Below are positions 8,862 to 20,295 of a DNA stretch of 64,000 nucleotides, in pieces. The first letter of the stretch is position 1. Each line of letters opens with the position of its first letter. The stretch lies in the NCBI GenBank assembly GCA_020725405.1, contig DYFB01000037.1, forward strand, positions 8,760 to 72,759. The letters run 5' to 3'. The DNA comes from Symbiobacterium sp. (GTDB lineage Bacteria > Bacillota > Sulfobacillia > UBA995 > UBA9673). Position numbers and translations under genes: made by a program. The notes beneath the pieces were generated by a model that did no database searches, was not told the DNA's origin, and was given only the letters and a program-made list of their open reading frames with translations.

Positions 8862-9731
8862 GTGAGGGAGACGCCTGGAGTCGTCGAGGCCCTTAACGCC
8901 TGGGTGCGAGAGATAATCATAATCCTCTTTCTCGCCGGGAGCCTGGAGATGCTTCTGCCCGAGACGGAGATGAAGCGGTACGCGCGGGTCGCCGTCGGCT
9001 TCTTCGTCGTCCTTGCCGTCGGACAGCCCATCTTCGCCCTGATGGGCGAGGGGCTCCGGCTCGACCGGAGCCTCATCGGGCTGGCCGCCTGGGATACCGG
9101 CGGTCTGAGCTCAGGCCCCGCCTCCGCCGGGGTCCGGGGCGGCACCGAGTGGCAGGAGCTGTCCCGCGACAGGGCCCTGGCCGCGGCGAGGGCGGCTCTG
9201 GAGCGGCAGCTCAGCGACCTGGCCACCCGCGATCCGGAGGTAGCCGAAGCCCGGGTCGAGGTGGACCTTGAGACCGACCCGTCCTCCGCGGCCTACGGGC
9301 ACCTGCTGGCCGTGCGGGTGATGGTCAGGATGGCCGGACCGGCGGCCGGCGGGGGTGGAGGGCTTGACGCGGGCGGCGGCGACGGCGGAGACGGCGCCGA
9401 CACCGGCGGCGGCCTGGGAAGCCCCGGGTCCGGGGGCGGGCGAGAGGGTGGCGTCGGGTCGGGCCTCCCGGCCGGACCCGCCGCCGGGGTCGAACCGGTG
9501 CGCGTGACGGTGCAGCCGGTCATCGTCGCGTCGGGACGGGGGTCGGGCGGAGTTCCCTCGCCCGCCGCCTGGCCGGGCGGTCCGGCGGCCGTCGACAGCG
9601 GAGGGGCCGGTGGTACGGCGGGGCCCGGTCCGGCGGCCGCTCTCGCCGCCCGGCTGAGAAGCGTTTTCGTGCTTCTTCTCGGAGTGCCACCGGGGGGCAT
9701 CACCGTGGAGGTCTGGCCCCCGGGTCCATGA
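8862..9731 (+). CDS. spoIIIAF: Stage III sporulation protein AF with Gly/Pro-rich insertion
   Basis: WVREIIIILFLAG.LEMLLP...MKRYAR; operon position. Confidence 0.9.
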   Translation: MRETPGVVEALNAWVREIIIILFLAGSLEMLLPETEMKRYARVAVGFFVVLAVGQPIFALMGEGLRLDRSLIGLAAWDTGGLSSGPASAGVRGGTEWQELSRDRALAAARAALERQLSDLATRDPEVAEARVEVDLETDPSSAAYGHLLAVRVMVRMAGPAAGGGGGLDAGGGDGGDGADTGGGLGSPGSGGGREGGVGSGLPAGPAAGVEPVRVTVQPVIVASGRGSGGVPSPAAWPGGPAAVDSGGAGGTAGPGPAAALAARLRSVFVLLLGVPPGGITVEVWPPGP

Positions 9732-9761
9732 CCCGGGCCAGCTGCCCCGGGAGCCGTAGAG

Positions 9762-10466
9762 GTGGTGAGGGAGATGGACGGAAAGGAGGCCCGCGACGGC
9801 GGGCGGTCCTCCTGGCTGGCGGGGCTGCTCGACCCGGATCGCGGACGGGGCCGCATAAAGGCCGGGACCCTGCGGCTCCTCTGGCTTCTCGGCTTGACGC
9901 TGGTGATCGGAATAGGGCTCATGGGGGTCGGAGACCTACTCCGCCCCAGGTCAAGCGCTGTCTACGACGCCGCGGGGTCGCCCGCCGACCGGACCGGGAG
10001 CGCGGCGTCCGTGGGCGGTTCGGCTCCGGCGGCGACCAGCCAGGGCACGTCGGGCGTGCTGATAAGCGTGGCCGAACTCGAAGCGATGGTCGAGCGGGGC
10101 CTTGAGCGCATCCTCTCGCGGATAGAGGGGGCCGGGACGGTCGCCGTGGCCGTCAGCTTCGAGACGGGTGCGACCTACGTCTACGGTTACAACGAGACGC
10201 AGACGCTCCAGACGACCGAGGAGCGGGACGCCCAGGGTGGAACGCGGCTCGTCACGCAGACGAACTCGTCGCGGTCGGTGGTTCTGGCCTCGGTGGGGTC
10301 CGGCAGCCAGCCGGTCGTGGTCAGGATCGAGCTTCCCCCCATCCGCGGGGTGGTGGTGGTCGCCAGCGGGGCCGCCGACTCCCGGGTGAAGGCCGTTCTA
10401 TCGCAGGCGGTGCAGATCCTGTACGGGCTGCCGGCCAACAAGGTCGTCGTCCTGGCCGGCGGCTGA
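9762..10466 (+). CDS. spoIIIAG: Stage III sporulation protein AG
   Basis: LERILSRIEGAG.V.V, P.IRGVVVVASGA, V..LYGLPANKV. Confidence 0.93.
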   Translation: MVREMDGKEARDGGRSSWLAGLLDPDRGRGRIKAGTLRLLWLLGLTLVIGIGLMGVGDLLRPRSSAVYDAAGSPADRTGSAASVGGSAPAATSQGTSGVLISVAELEAMVERGLERILSRIEGAGTVAVAVSFETGATYVYGYNETQTLQTTEERDAQGGTRLVTQTNSSRSVVLASVGSGSQPVVVRIELPPIRGVVVVASGAADSRVKAVLSQAVQILYGLPANKVVVLAGG

Positions 10467-10588
10467 CCCAGACGGGACCGGGCCGGCCGGGAGCTGGCCG
10501 GGAGCCGCCTGGGAGCCGGCCGCGGGGGCCGCCCGGGAGCCGGCCCGGGGGTCGCCCGGGACGGGCGGCCCCAGACTGGAGGTGTGGT

Positions 10589-11191
10589 ATGGTCTTGACG
10601 CGACGAGACGTCTTGAAGTTCGTGGTTTTCGTCGTTCTCATCGGCCTAGCCGTATCCTACGTGTCGGCCAACCGCGAGGCGCTTCTCGACGGGATTCTGG
10701 GGCGTTCCGGAGGAGGCGCGGCTGAGACGGTCCCGGTCGGCGGCACGGTCCCCGGCGGCGGAGAGGCGGTGCCTGTGGCCGCTCTCACAGGCCTCGAGTT
10801 CGATCTCGGGGCCCTCGGGTCCGGACGTTCGGGCGGAGGCGAGGACTACTTCGTCGAGTTCCGCCTGGCGAGGGAGCAGGCCCGCGGCGTGCAGCTGGAC
10901 CTCTTGCGCGAGATCCTGCGGAACCCGGATCTCGGCAAAGAGGCCCACGAGCGGGCGCTCGGGCTCTGGCTATCGATAACCGAGGCGGTGGGCCGCGAGG
11001 TGGACATCGAGAATCTGATCCGGGCCAAGGGGTACGCCGACGCCGTGGTCATCCTGAGCGAGGGGAAGGCGACCATCCTTGTGAAGGCCGACAGCCTGAC
11101 CCGCGAGGAGGTCATCTGCCTGGCCGACATCGCCGTGCGGGTCGCGGGTATCACTTACGAGGACATCACCGTCGTGTCCAAGGGCGGCTAG
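10589..11191 (+). CDS. spoIIIAH: Stage III sporulation protein AH
   Basis: YFVEFRLAREQ.R, IENLIRAKGYADAVV. Confidence 0.92.
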   Translation: MVLTRRDVLKFVVFVVLIGLAVSYVSANREALLDGILGRSGGGAAETVPVGGTVPGGGEAVPVAALTGLEFDLGALGSGRSGGGEDYFVEFRLAREQARGVQLDLLREILRNPDLGKEAHERALGLWLSITEAVGREVDIENLIRAKGYADAVVILSEGKATILVKADSLTREEVICLADIAVRVAGITYEDITVVSKGG

Positions 11192-11349
11192 AGGCAGGGA
11201 ATCCCCGGGGGTGGACGAATACGGGACCGGACGCCCGGCGGTCGGGAGCGCGGCTTCGCGCTCCGGCCGCCGCACCGGCTCTCGCCGCTGCCGACGGGCG
11301 GTTTCCCGTCCGACCGGGCGTCGCCCTTCGTGGTCGGGCGCGGGAGAAA

Positions 11350-11802
11350 GTGATAGACTGTGAGGCGAACTCGGGCCGGGACGGTCTGGAGGTGGCGAAG
11401 TCGAGCGAGCGGACGATAGGACCGTATGACGACGGCGAGGACTCCGGCCTCATCCGAATCTCGGACGACGTGGTCGGGACCATCGCCGGTATCGCCGCGA
11501 CCGAGGTCGAGGGCGTGGCCGGGATGAGCGGCGGGATCGTCGGTGGGATAACCGAGATGCTGGGGCGCAAGAACTTGGCCAAGGGGGTCAAGGTCGAGGT
11601 CGGCGAGCGCGAGGCCGCGCTCGACCTGTTCATCGTTGTTGACTATGGCGTGCGCATACCCGAGATCGCCCAGCGGGTCCAGGAGAACGTCAAGCGGGCT
11701 GTGGAGAGCATGACCGGTCTCACCGTGGTGGAGGCCAACATTCACATCCAGGGCGTGGCTTTCCGCCACGAGGCCCGGGAGGAGGAAGCGCGGGTAAGAT
11801 GA
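11350..11802 (+). CDS. Asp23/Gls24 family envelope stress protein (YqhY-like)
   Basis: IRISDDVVGTIAGIAATEVEGV, KNLAKGVKVEV, V.YGV.IPE, VESMTGL.V...NIHIQG; start uncertain. Confidence 0.92.
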   Translation: MIDCEANSGRDGLEVAKSSERTIGPYDDGEDSGLIRISDDVVGTIAGIAATEVEGVAGMSGGIVGGITEMLGRKNLAKGVKVEVGEREAALDLFIVVDYGVRIPEIAQRVQENVKRAVESMTGLTVVEANIHIQGVAFRHEAREEEARVR

Positions 11803-12341
11803 TGGGGCTCTTCGACCGCATAATCCTGACCGTGCTCACCCTGATTGTCGCCGCCCTGTCCGCGGTAGTCATTCTCCTCGCCGCGGGCTGGACGGTTCCT
11901 CTGGAACTCATCTGGGCGACCCTGACCGACGACGTGGGGCGCTGGCTGGTCGGGGGTCTCGCCGGACTGACCTTTGTCATCGCCGTCAGGTTCATCTACT
12001 ACGGGTTTCACCGCGCGGGAGCCGACCAGACCCTTGTTCACGAGAGCGACCTCGGCGAGGTCCGCATCTCTATCGAGGCCGTCGAGAATCTGGTAAGGAA
12101 GGTGGCCCGCCAGGTCAAGGGAGTCCGCGGCGTGCGGGGCTGGGTCGTTCCCGGAGGCGACCGCCTGAACGTCAGGCTCAGGACCATCATCAGCCCGGAC
12201 GTCAGCGTGCCGGACGTCTCGAGCGACATCCAGTCTGCCGTGCGCGACTGCCTGAAGAACGTGGTCGGGGTCGAGGCCGGCGAGGTCAGGGTTTTCGTGG
12301 AGAACATATCCAACGAAGCGCGGCGTGGGCGGGTGGAGTAG
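11799..12341 (+). CDS. amaP: Alkaline shock response membrane anchor protein AmaP-like
   Basis: Two N-terminal TMs, GEVRISIEAVENLV, between asp23 and DUF2273/nusB. Confidence 0.8.
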   Translation: MMGLFDRIILTVLTLIVAALSAVVILLAAGWTVPLELIWATLTDDVGRWLVGGLAGLTFVIAVRFIYYGFHRAGADQTLVHESDLGEVRISIEAVENLVRKVARQVKGVRGVRGWVVPGGDRLNVRLRTIISPDVSVPDVSSDIQSAVRDCLKNVVGVEAGEVRVFVENISNEARRGRVE

Positions 12342-12656
12342 ATGGCCGTCTTTCGGGGCCCCGGGAACGACGACGAGGCACGTGAGGAAGACGGGCGCCG
12401 CCCGCCCGCGACCGGCGGCGAGGCGCATGCTTTCTGGTGGGTCGTGCTGCAGTACTGGCGCCGGCATCGCGGTAAGCTGCTCGGCGTGGTCATCGGCCTC
12501 TCGGTGGGGCTCGGAATAAGGTACCTGGGATTTCTGTGGACCCTCTTCATCGCCATTTGCGGCGTGGTCGGGTACTTCATTGGTCGCAGGCTCGACGAGA
12601 GCAACGAGGACATCCTGGAACTCCTGGACCGGGTGCTCCCCCCCGGGAGGGGCTGA
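12342..12656 (+). CDS. DUF2273-like small membrane protein
   Basis: HRGKLLG...G...GFLWTLF....G.VGYFIGRRLD. Confidence 0.8.
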   Translation: MAVFRGPGNDDEAREEDGRRPPATGGEAHAFWWVVLQYWRRHRGKLLGVVIGLSVGLGIRYLGFLWTLFIAICGVVGYFIGRRLDESNEDILELLDRVLPPGRG

Positions 12657-12721
12657 GCTTCCGCCGGGGGCTCGCGTCACGGTAAGATGGGTTCCGCTTG
12701 GCGTACTGGGGGATTTGCTCT

Positions 12722-13216
12722 TTGAAGAACCGTCGTCAGGGGCGCGAGCTCGCCCTCAAGGTCCTCTTCCAGCTGGATGTCGCCGGGGGCGACCCGGACG
12801 AGGCCTTCGACCTCGCTGTGCAGCTGATGACCGAGGATCCCGAAGACCCCGACACCGGGGCTCCCACCGAGGACGTCAAGGTCTTCGCCAGGCGACTCCT
12901 CACCGGGGTCATTGCGAATCTGGAGGAGATCGACGCCAAGCTGCGGGCCTACGCCCGCGAGTGGTCCCTCGAGCGGATGGCCAATGTCGACCGGAACATC
13001 CTTCGCCTGGCGCTCCACGAGATGCTCTCTCTTGACGACGTTCCTCTGAGCGTCTCGATAAACGAGGCTGTGGAGCTGGCCAAGATTTACAGCACCCCGG
13101 ATTCCGGCCGGTTCATCAACGGCATTCTCGGCAAGATCGCCGTCGAGGGGGTCGCGTCCGGACCCGGAGGGGAGAAAGGAGGCACCCCACCCGCAGACCG
13201 CGAAAGCACACCATAG
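12722..13216 (+). CDS. nusB: Transcription antitermination factor NusB
   Basis: RRQGRELALKVLFQ, WSLERMANVDRNILRLA, INEAVELAK.YS, FINGIL. Confidence 0.97.
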   Translation: MKNRRQGRELALKVLFQLDVAGGDPDEAFDLAVQLMTEDPEDPDTGAPTEDVKVFARRLLTGVIANLEEIDAKLRAYAREWSLERMANVDRNILRLALHEMLSLDDVPLSVSINEAVELAKIYSTPDSGRFINGILGKIAVEGVASGPGGEKGGTPPADRESTP

Positions 13217-13256
13217 AACACAACAGAACACAACCACGGGGGAGAGAGCCGAACTC

Positions 13257-15529
<2,273 letters not shown>

Positions 15530-15657
15530 GGAGCAGGCCGAAGCCCCGGCGACGCGCGGCGGAGGCCGGGGCGTGGGAGGGGCGGCGGCCGCGAAGACGG
15601 CAGGCGGCGGCGCCCGAAAACCGGAGGGCGGTGGCCGCGAGGGAGAGGAGTGGCAAC

Positions 15658-16506
15658 ATGTCGGCAACGATCATTGACGGCAAGCAAGTGTCGGCATCGA
15701 TACGCGAGGAGCTCGCTCGCCGGACGGCCGAACTCAAGGCTAGGCACGGGCTCATCCCGGGCATCGGCGTCGTCCTCGTCGGCGAGGACCCGGCGTCGCA
15801 GTCTTACGTCAAGAGCAAGGAGAGGACAGCGGAGGAGCTCGGCTTCTACTCGAAGACCCACCGGGTGCCGGTCGAGACCAGCGAGGCCGAGGTCCTGAGA
15901 CTGGTGGAGGAGTTCAACCGTGACCCGAAGATCCACGGCATCCTCGTCCAGCTTCCCCTCCCTCCGCACATCAACGAGAACGCGGTCATCTACGCCATCG
16001 ACCCCAAGAAGGACGTCGACGGTTTCCACCCCGTCAACATCGGACGCCTGCACATGGGCGAGGAGTGCTTCGTCCCCTGCACCCCGAACGGGGTCATCGA
16101 GCTCCTCGACCGTACGGGCGTGGAACTGAAGGGCAAGAACGCCGTTGTCGTCGGCCGGTCGAACATCGTCGGCAAGCCCGTGTCGATGCTTCTCCTGTCC
16201 CGCCACGCGACGGTCACCATCTGCCACTCCCGGACCCGGGACCTCGCCGCCGAGTGCCGCAGGGCCGACGTCCTCGTCGCCGCAGTCGGTAAGGCGAGGC
16301 TGATCACGGCCGAGATGATCAAGCCGGGGGCCGTGGTCATCGACGTCGGCGTGAACCGGGTGGACGGCAAGCTGGTGGGTGACGTGGACTTCGAGGGCGC
16401 GGCGAAGGTCGCCTCGGCCATCACCCCGGTTCCCGGCGGGGTAGGCCCGATGACCATCGCCATGCTGATGAAGAACACTCTCCTTGCGGCGGAGAGGACC
16501 CTCTGA
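15658..16506 (+). CDS. folD: Methylenetetrahydrofolate dehydrogenase/cyclohydrolase
   Basis: [44 protein letters not shown]. Confidence 0.98.
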   Translation: MSATIIDGKQVSASIREELARRTAELKARHGLIPGIGVVLVGEDPASQSYVKSKERTAEELGFYSKTHRVPVETSEAEVLRLVEEFNRDPKIHGILVQLPLPPHINENAVIYAIDPKKDVDGFHPVNIGRLHMGEECFVPCTPNGVIELLDRTGVELKGKNAVVVGRSNIVGKPVSMLLLSRHATVTICHSRTRDLAAECRRADVLVAAVGKARLITAEMIKPGAVVIDVGVNRVDGKLVGDVDFEGAAKVASAITPVPGGVGPMTIAMLMKNTLLAAERTL

Positions 16507-17771
16507 TCGGCCGGGATGCTGCACTCGGACGCAGGATTCTGTCTGTCGGGGAGCTCACTTCCATTGTGAAGGGGCTCCTCGACTCTGAACCCGTCCTGGC
16601 CGACGTCTGGGTCCGGGGAGAGATATCCAACTTCCGCCACCACTCGTCGGGCCACATGTACTTCACTCTGAAGGACAGCGTGGCCCAGATACGAGCGGTG
16701 ATGTTCCGGGGAGACAACCAGAGGCTGCTCAGCCGCGGCCCGCTCTTCCGACCGACGGACGGCCTCAAGATTATCGCCCGCGGGCACGTCAGCGTCTACG
16801 AGCGGGACGGCCAGTACCAGCTCTACGTCAGGGAGATGCAGCCCGACGGGGTCGGCTCTCTCTACCTCGCCTTCGAGCAGCTCAAGGCCAAGCTGGCCGC
16901 TGAGGGGCTGTTCGATCAGGCCGCGAAGCGAGAGCTGCCGCTCGTCCCGCGGCGCGTCGGCGTGGTCACTTCGCCGACAGGCGCGGCCCTGCGCGACATC
17001 ATCACCGTGGCCCGGCGTCGCTACCCCAACGTCCACCTCGTTCTCTCGCCGGCCGCGGTCCAGGGCGAGGGGGCGGCGGCCGATCTCATCCGGGCGCTGG
17101 GGCTCCTTGACGAGCGGGACGACATCGACGTGATCATCCTCGCCCGGGGAGGCGGCTCCATCGAGGAGCTCTGGGCCTTCAACGACGAGGGCCTGGCCAG
17201 GGCGATCCGGGCGGCGCGGCACCCGGTGGTCACCGGAGTGGGGCACGAGACGGACGTGACGATCGCCGACCTCGCGGCCGACCGGCGGGCGGCCACCCCG
17301 TCGAGCGCCGCCGAGCTCGTCGTGCCGGCCAAAGCCGAGCTGGCCCGGGCGGTGGGGGTCCTCACCGGACGCCTGGAGCGGGCCTGCCGGGGCTTTGTCG
17401 ACCGGCGGCGGGAGGCCGCGGCGAAGCTCGCGGCCGCGGCCGTCCTGAGCTACCCCGAACGCCTGCTCGAGGCCCGCCGGCAGCGGGTGGACGACCTCGC
17501 GGCGGACCTGCGGGGAGTGATGGAGCGGTTCCTGGAAAGGCTTCGTCTCAGGCGGGACGCCCTGGCCGGCCGCCTGGACGCCCTGAGTCCCCTGGCCATC
17601 CTTACCCGGGGCTACGCCCTGTGCCGCCGGAGCGACGACGGGCGGGTGGTGTCCTCGGTGACGGCGGTGGCCCCCGGGGAGAGAGTCGATGTGCTGGTGT
17701 CCGACGGCCGCCTCGAGTGCGACGTCCGTGCGGTCGAGGGTGGGGTCGTGGGCCCGGAGGGAGGCGAATAG
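16503..17771 (+). CDS. xseA: Exodeoxyribonuclease VII large subunit; probable CTG start overlapping folD stop (first canonical start is 16566)
   Basis: [43 protein letters not shown]; conserved ILSVGELT lies upstream of 16566. Confidence 0.93.
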   Translation: MIGRDAALGRRILSVGELTSIVKGLLDSEPVLADVWVRGEISNFRHHSSGHMYFTLKDSVAQIRAVMFRGDNQRLLSRGPLFRPTDGLKIIARGHVSVYERDGQYQLYVREMQPDGVGSLYLAFEQLKAKLAAEGLFDQAAKRELPLVPRRVGVVTSPTGAALRDIITVARRRYPNVHLVLSPAAVQGEGAAADLIRALGLLDERDDIDVIILARGGGSIEELWAFNDEGLARAIRAARHPVVTGVGHETDVTIADLAADRRAATPSSAAELVVPAKAELARAVGVLTGRLERACRGFVDRRREAAAKLAAAAVLSYPERLLEARRQRVDDLAADLRGVMERFLERLRLRRDALAGRLDALSPLAILTRGYALCRRSDDGRVVSSVTAVAPGERVDVLVSDGRLECDVRAVEGGVVGPEGGE

Positions 17772-17773
17772 AC

Positions 17774-18052
17774 ATGACCGGAAGCGATGCGGCCGCCGGG
17801 GCGGCCGGGACCGAGATGTCGTTCGAGGACGCCCTCAGGCGTCTCGAGGAGGTTGTCGGGGAGCTCGAACGGGGCGGCCAGACCCTCAACGAGGCGCTTG
17901 GCCTCTTCGAGGAAGGCATCCGCCTCTCACGGACACTCACGGCCAAGCTGGACGCGGCCGAGGCCCGGATAGACCGGATAGTCGAGACCGCCTCCGGCGC
18001 GACGCGGCTCGAGCCGTTTGAGAACGACGAGGATGGGGGGTTAGAGCGGTGA
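17774..18052 (+). CDS. xseB: Exodeoxyribonuclease VII small subunit
   Basis: SFEDAL.RLEEVV.ELE.G..TL.EAL.LFEEG. Confidence 0.95.
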   Translation: MTGSDAAAGAAGTEMSFEDALRRLEEVVGELERGGQTLNEALGLFEEGIRLSRTLTAKLDAAEARIDRIVETASGATRLEPFENDEDGGLER

Positions 18053-18915
18053 CCGGAAGCATCGCCGAGGCGTACGGCCGCAGGCTGGCTTTGGTGAACT
18101 CCGGGCTCGAGGCCGTCCTCCCGCCCGCGGGTCGTGAACCCCGCCGGCTGCACGAGGCCATGAGGCACGCCGTCTTCGGCGGCGGCGGCGGGAAGCGGCT
18201 GCGGCCCGTTCTGCTTCTCTCGGCGGCCGCCGACCTCGGCGTGGCTGACGACCGCGCTCTTCCGGCGGCCCTGGCTCTCGAGCTGGTCCACTGCTACTCC
18301 CTCGTCCACGACGATCTCCCCTGCATGGATGACGCCGGCGAACGGCGCGGGGCGCCGTCGGTTCACGCCGCCTTCGGGTACGCCGTGGCCCTTCTGGCCG
18401 GCGACGCTCTCCTGACTCAGGCCTTTGAGATTCTCGGGCGGGCGGCGAACTCCGGTCTGCCCCGCCCGGGCGAGCTCCTGGTCGAACTGGCCACGGCCGC
18501 CGGGAGCGGCGGGATGGTCGGCGGGCAGGACCTCGACCTCGCTCTGGGCGAAGGCGGGGCCGGGCCGGCTGGTCCCGACCTGGTCTTGCGCGTTCATCGA
18601 ATGAAAACGGCGCCTCTTTACGGTTTCGCTCTGGTCGCCCCGGCCCATCTCGCCGGGGTCTCCGCGGCCGAAGTCCGGCGCTGGAGAGAAGCCGGGGTCA
18701 ACTTCGGCCTGGCCTTCCAGGCCGCGGACGACCTTCGGGACGCCAGCGAGGACCGGCGGGCCCCGAATCTGGCCAAGGCTGCGGGAACGGCCCGGGCCCG
18801 CGAGATGGCCCGGGAATCCCTGCGAGAGTGCGAGGCAGCCCTCATCGACCTCGCCGGCCTGGAGTCCGGGACCTTGGCCCTCGTCCGGGCCGCGGCGCGG
18901 GAGATGGGGCTCTAG
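18049..18915 (+). CDS. ispA: Farnesyl/geranylgeranyl diphosphate synthase
   Basis: GKRLRP, SLVHDDLPCMDD...RRG, GDALL, GGQ.LD, FQAADDLRD. Confidence 0.93.
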   Translation: MTGSIAEAYGRRLALVNSGLEAVLPPAGREPRRLHEAMRHAVFGGGGGKRLRPVLLLSAAADLGVADDRALPAALALELVHCYSLVHDDLPCMDDAGERRGAPSVHAAFGYAVALLAGDALLTQAFEILGRAANSGLPRPGELLVELATAAGSGGMVGGQDLDLALGEGGAGPAGPDLVLRVHRMKTAPLYGFALVAPAHLAGVSAAEVRRWREAGVNFGLAFQAADDLRDASEDRRAPNLAKAAGTARAREMARESLRECEAALIDLAGLESGTLALVRAAAREMGL

Positions 18916-18963
18916 GGGACCTCTAGAGGGCCCCAAGCGTGCTTTTTCGCCGGCGACCGCTCG

Positions 18964-18972
18964 TGCTATAAT
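18964..18972 (+). promoter_or_regulatory. Extended -10 sigma-A promoter (TGcTATAAT) upstream of OLE RNA
   Basis: Perfect TG-n-TATAAT in a ~70% GC context; -35 weak (ttttcg). Confidence 0.7.
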
Positions 18973-19049
18973 GGAGCCGCTCGTCAGGACGACAGCCCGG
19001 GCAGCGGCCTGCGGCTCCGGACCCGACGGGCTGACAAGATGATAGCGTT

Positions 19050-19652
19050 GGGAGGCTGGTGGCGCAGTATCCTAGTCGGTGCCGTCGCTTATAAGGGCGG
19101 GGCTAAAAATCCGCCAAGGGCACATCGATGAAGTTCCTGGTGCTGGCCTGCGACGCCCAGTCGCGGGTTGGTGCTGGGAGTTAAGGAGCGGGGGCAGCCC
19201 GCAAAGGCATGTGGGTGGGACCCTCGCTTCGCGGAGACCCAAGGCTCGTGGTCTGGTCTAGTGGGCCGGCTACGACTTGGGGTGGAACCTGCATCCGGGC
19301 GCAGACTGGGTGCAGCGTAGCCTGCCTTGAGCGGCGGTGGCGGACGGTCGTCCACGAGGTCCGCGTCCATGGGCCCAGGACGGGACCTGGTTCGATACGA
19401 CCCAAAACCATCGTTCGCAAAAAAGGCTAAGAAGCGGTCAGCACCGCCGAGGAAAACTCCTAGGCTGTTCAGCATCCTGAGGCGAACCGGGGATTACAGT
19501 GTGCTCTAAGTGGTAATCCAGCTCCGTCCTGGGCAACCGGACGGGGGCCTCGTAAAGGGAAACCGCCCCGGCGGTAACGCTTGGGTGAGGCTTGGGAAAT
19601 CCTGCTGGACCTAAGACACAACGTTTACTCGGTCCGCTGCCACCTGACTCTC
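19050..19652 (+). ncRNA. ole: OLE (ornate, large, extremophilic) RNA, ~603 nt
   Basis: Between ispA and oapA-dxs; OLE-type blocks AAATCCGCCAAGGGCACATCGATGAAGTTCCTGGTGCTGGC, GCTGGGAGTTAAG, GGATTACAGTGTGCTCTAAGTGGTAATCC; terminal pairing ggtggc(19058-63)/gccacc(19639-44) and gggag/ctctc; several GNRA-capped hairpins; ends approximate. Confidence 0.92.
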
Positions 19653-19677
19653 AATCTCTTGAAAGGTGACCTGAGGC

Positions 19678-20295
19678 TTGCCACATCCGAACCGGAGAGA
19701 GGGCCTGGCCAGCGACGTGCGACGGCTGGCCGGGGTCTTCCTGACCACGTTCGTGCTGGCCGTAGCGTTCTCCCTCCTCTCCGACACCGTCCTGCGGAAG
19801 ACTACGATTCTCCTGGCGACGCTCGTCCTGGCGGTCATAATCCTCGTCGGCATCCTCGCCGACATCGTGGGGTTGGCCGTAGCTACGGCGGGGCGCGCGC
19901 CGCTGAACGCGATGGCGGCGAAGAAAGTGCCGGGGGCCCGCCAGGGACTCCGGCTCGTCAGGAACGCGCCCCGCGTCGCCACCATCTTCAACGACCTCGT
20001 CGGCGACATTTGCGGGACGGTGAGCGGCGCGGCCGGAGCGGCCATCGTCTTCCGGGTGGCCCTAAGCCGCCCCGGCGTCGACGAGGGGCTCTGGACGGTC
20101 CTCCTGGTCTCGGTCATCGCCGCCCTCACCGTCGGCGGCAAGGCCCTGGGGAAGCGCATCGCCCTGGTGAACTCGGACCGAATAGTCCACCAGCTTGGGA
20201 AGATTCTGTGGTGGCTTGAAGAACACCTGGGTCTCGTCGTACTGGCTGAGCCAGCGACCCGCCGGGCGCCGAGGAGGAGGACCAACTCTTCTTGA
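19678..20295 (+). CDS. oapA: OLE-associated membrane protein A
   Basis: 4 TM; GILADIVGLAV, AMAAKKVPGA, NDLVGDICG.VSG, ALTVGGKALGK; immediately downstream of ole. Confidence 0.9.
   Translation: MPHPNRREGLASDVRRLAGVFLTTFVLAVAFSLLSDTVLRKTTILLATLVLAVIILVGILADIVGLAVATAGRAPLNAMAAKKVPGARQGLRLVRNAPRVATIFNDLVGDICGTVSGAAGAAIVFRVALSRPGVDEGLWTVLLVSVIAALTVGGKALGKRIALVNSDRIVHQLGKILWWLEEHLGLVVLAEPATRRAPRRRTNSS

Noticed and set aside
10467-10575. GC-rich gggagccg-like repeats between spoIIIAG and spoIIIAH
   Set aside because: Irregular period and low complexity in a high-GC genome
13214-13235. agaacacaac duplicated before nfnA
   Set aside because: Only 2 x 10 bp; probably an unstructured ribosome-loading region
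19079-19509. Short ORFs on both strands in the ispA-oapA gap
   Set aside because: No SD or recognisable motifs; they overlap the OLE RNA
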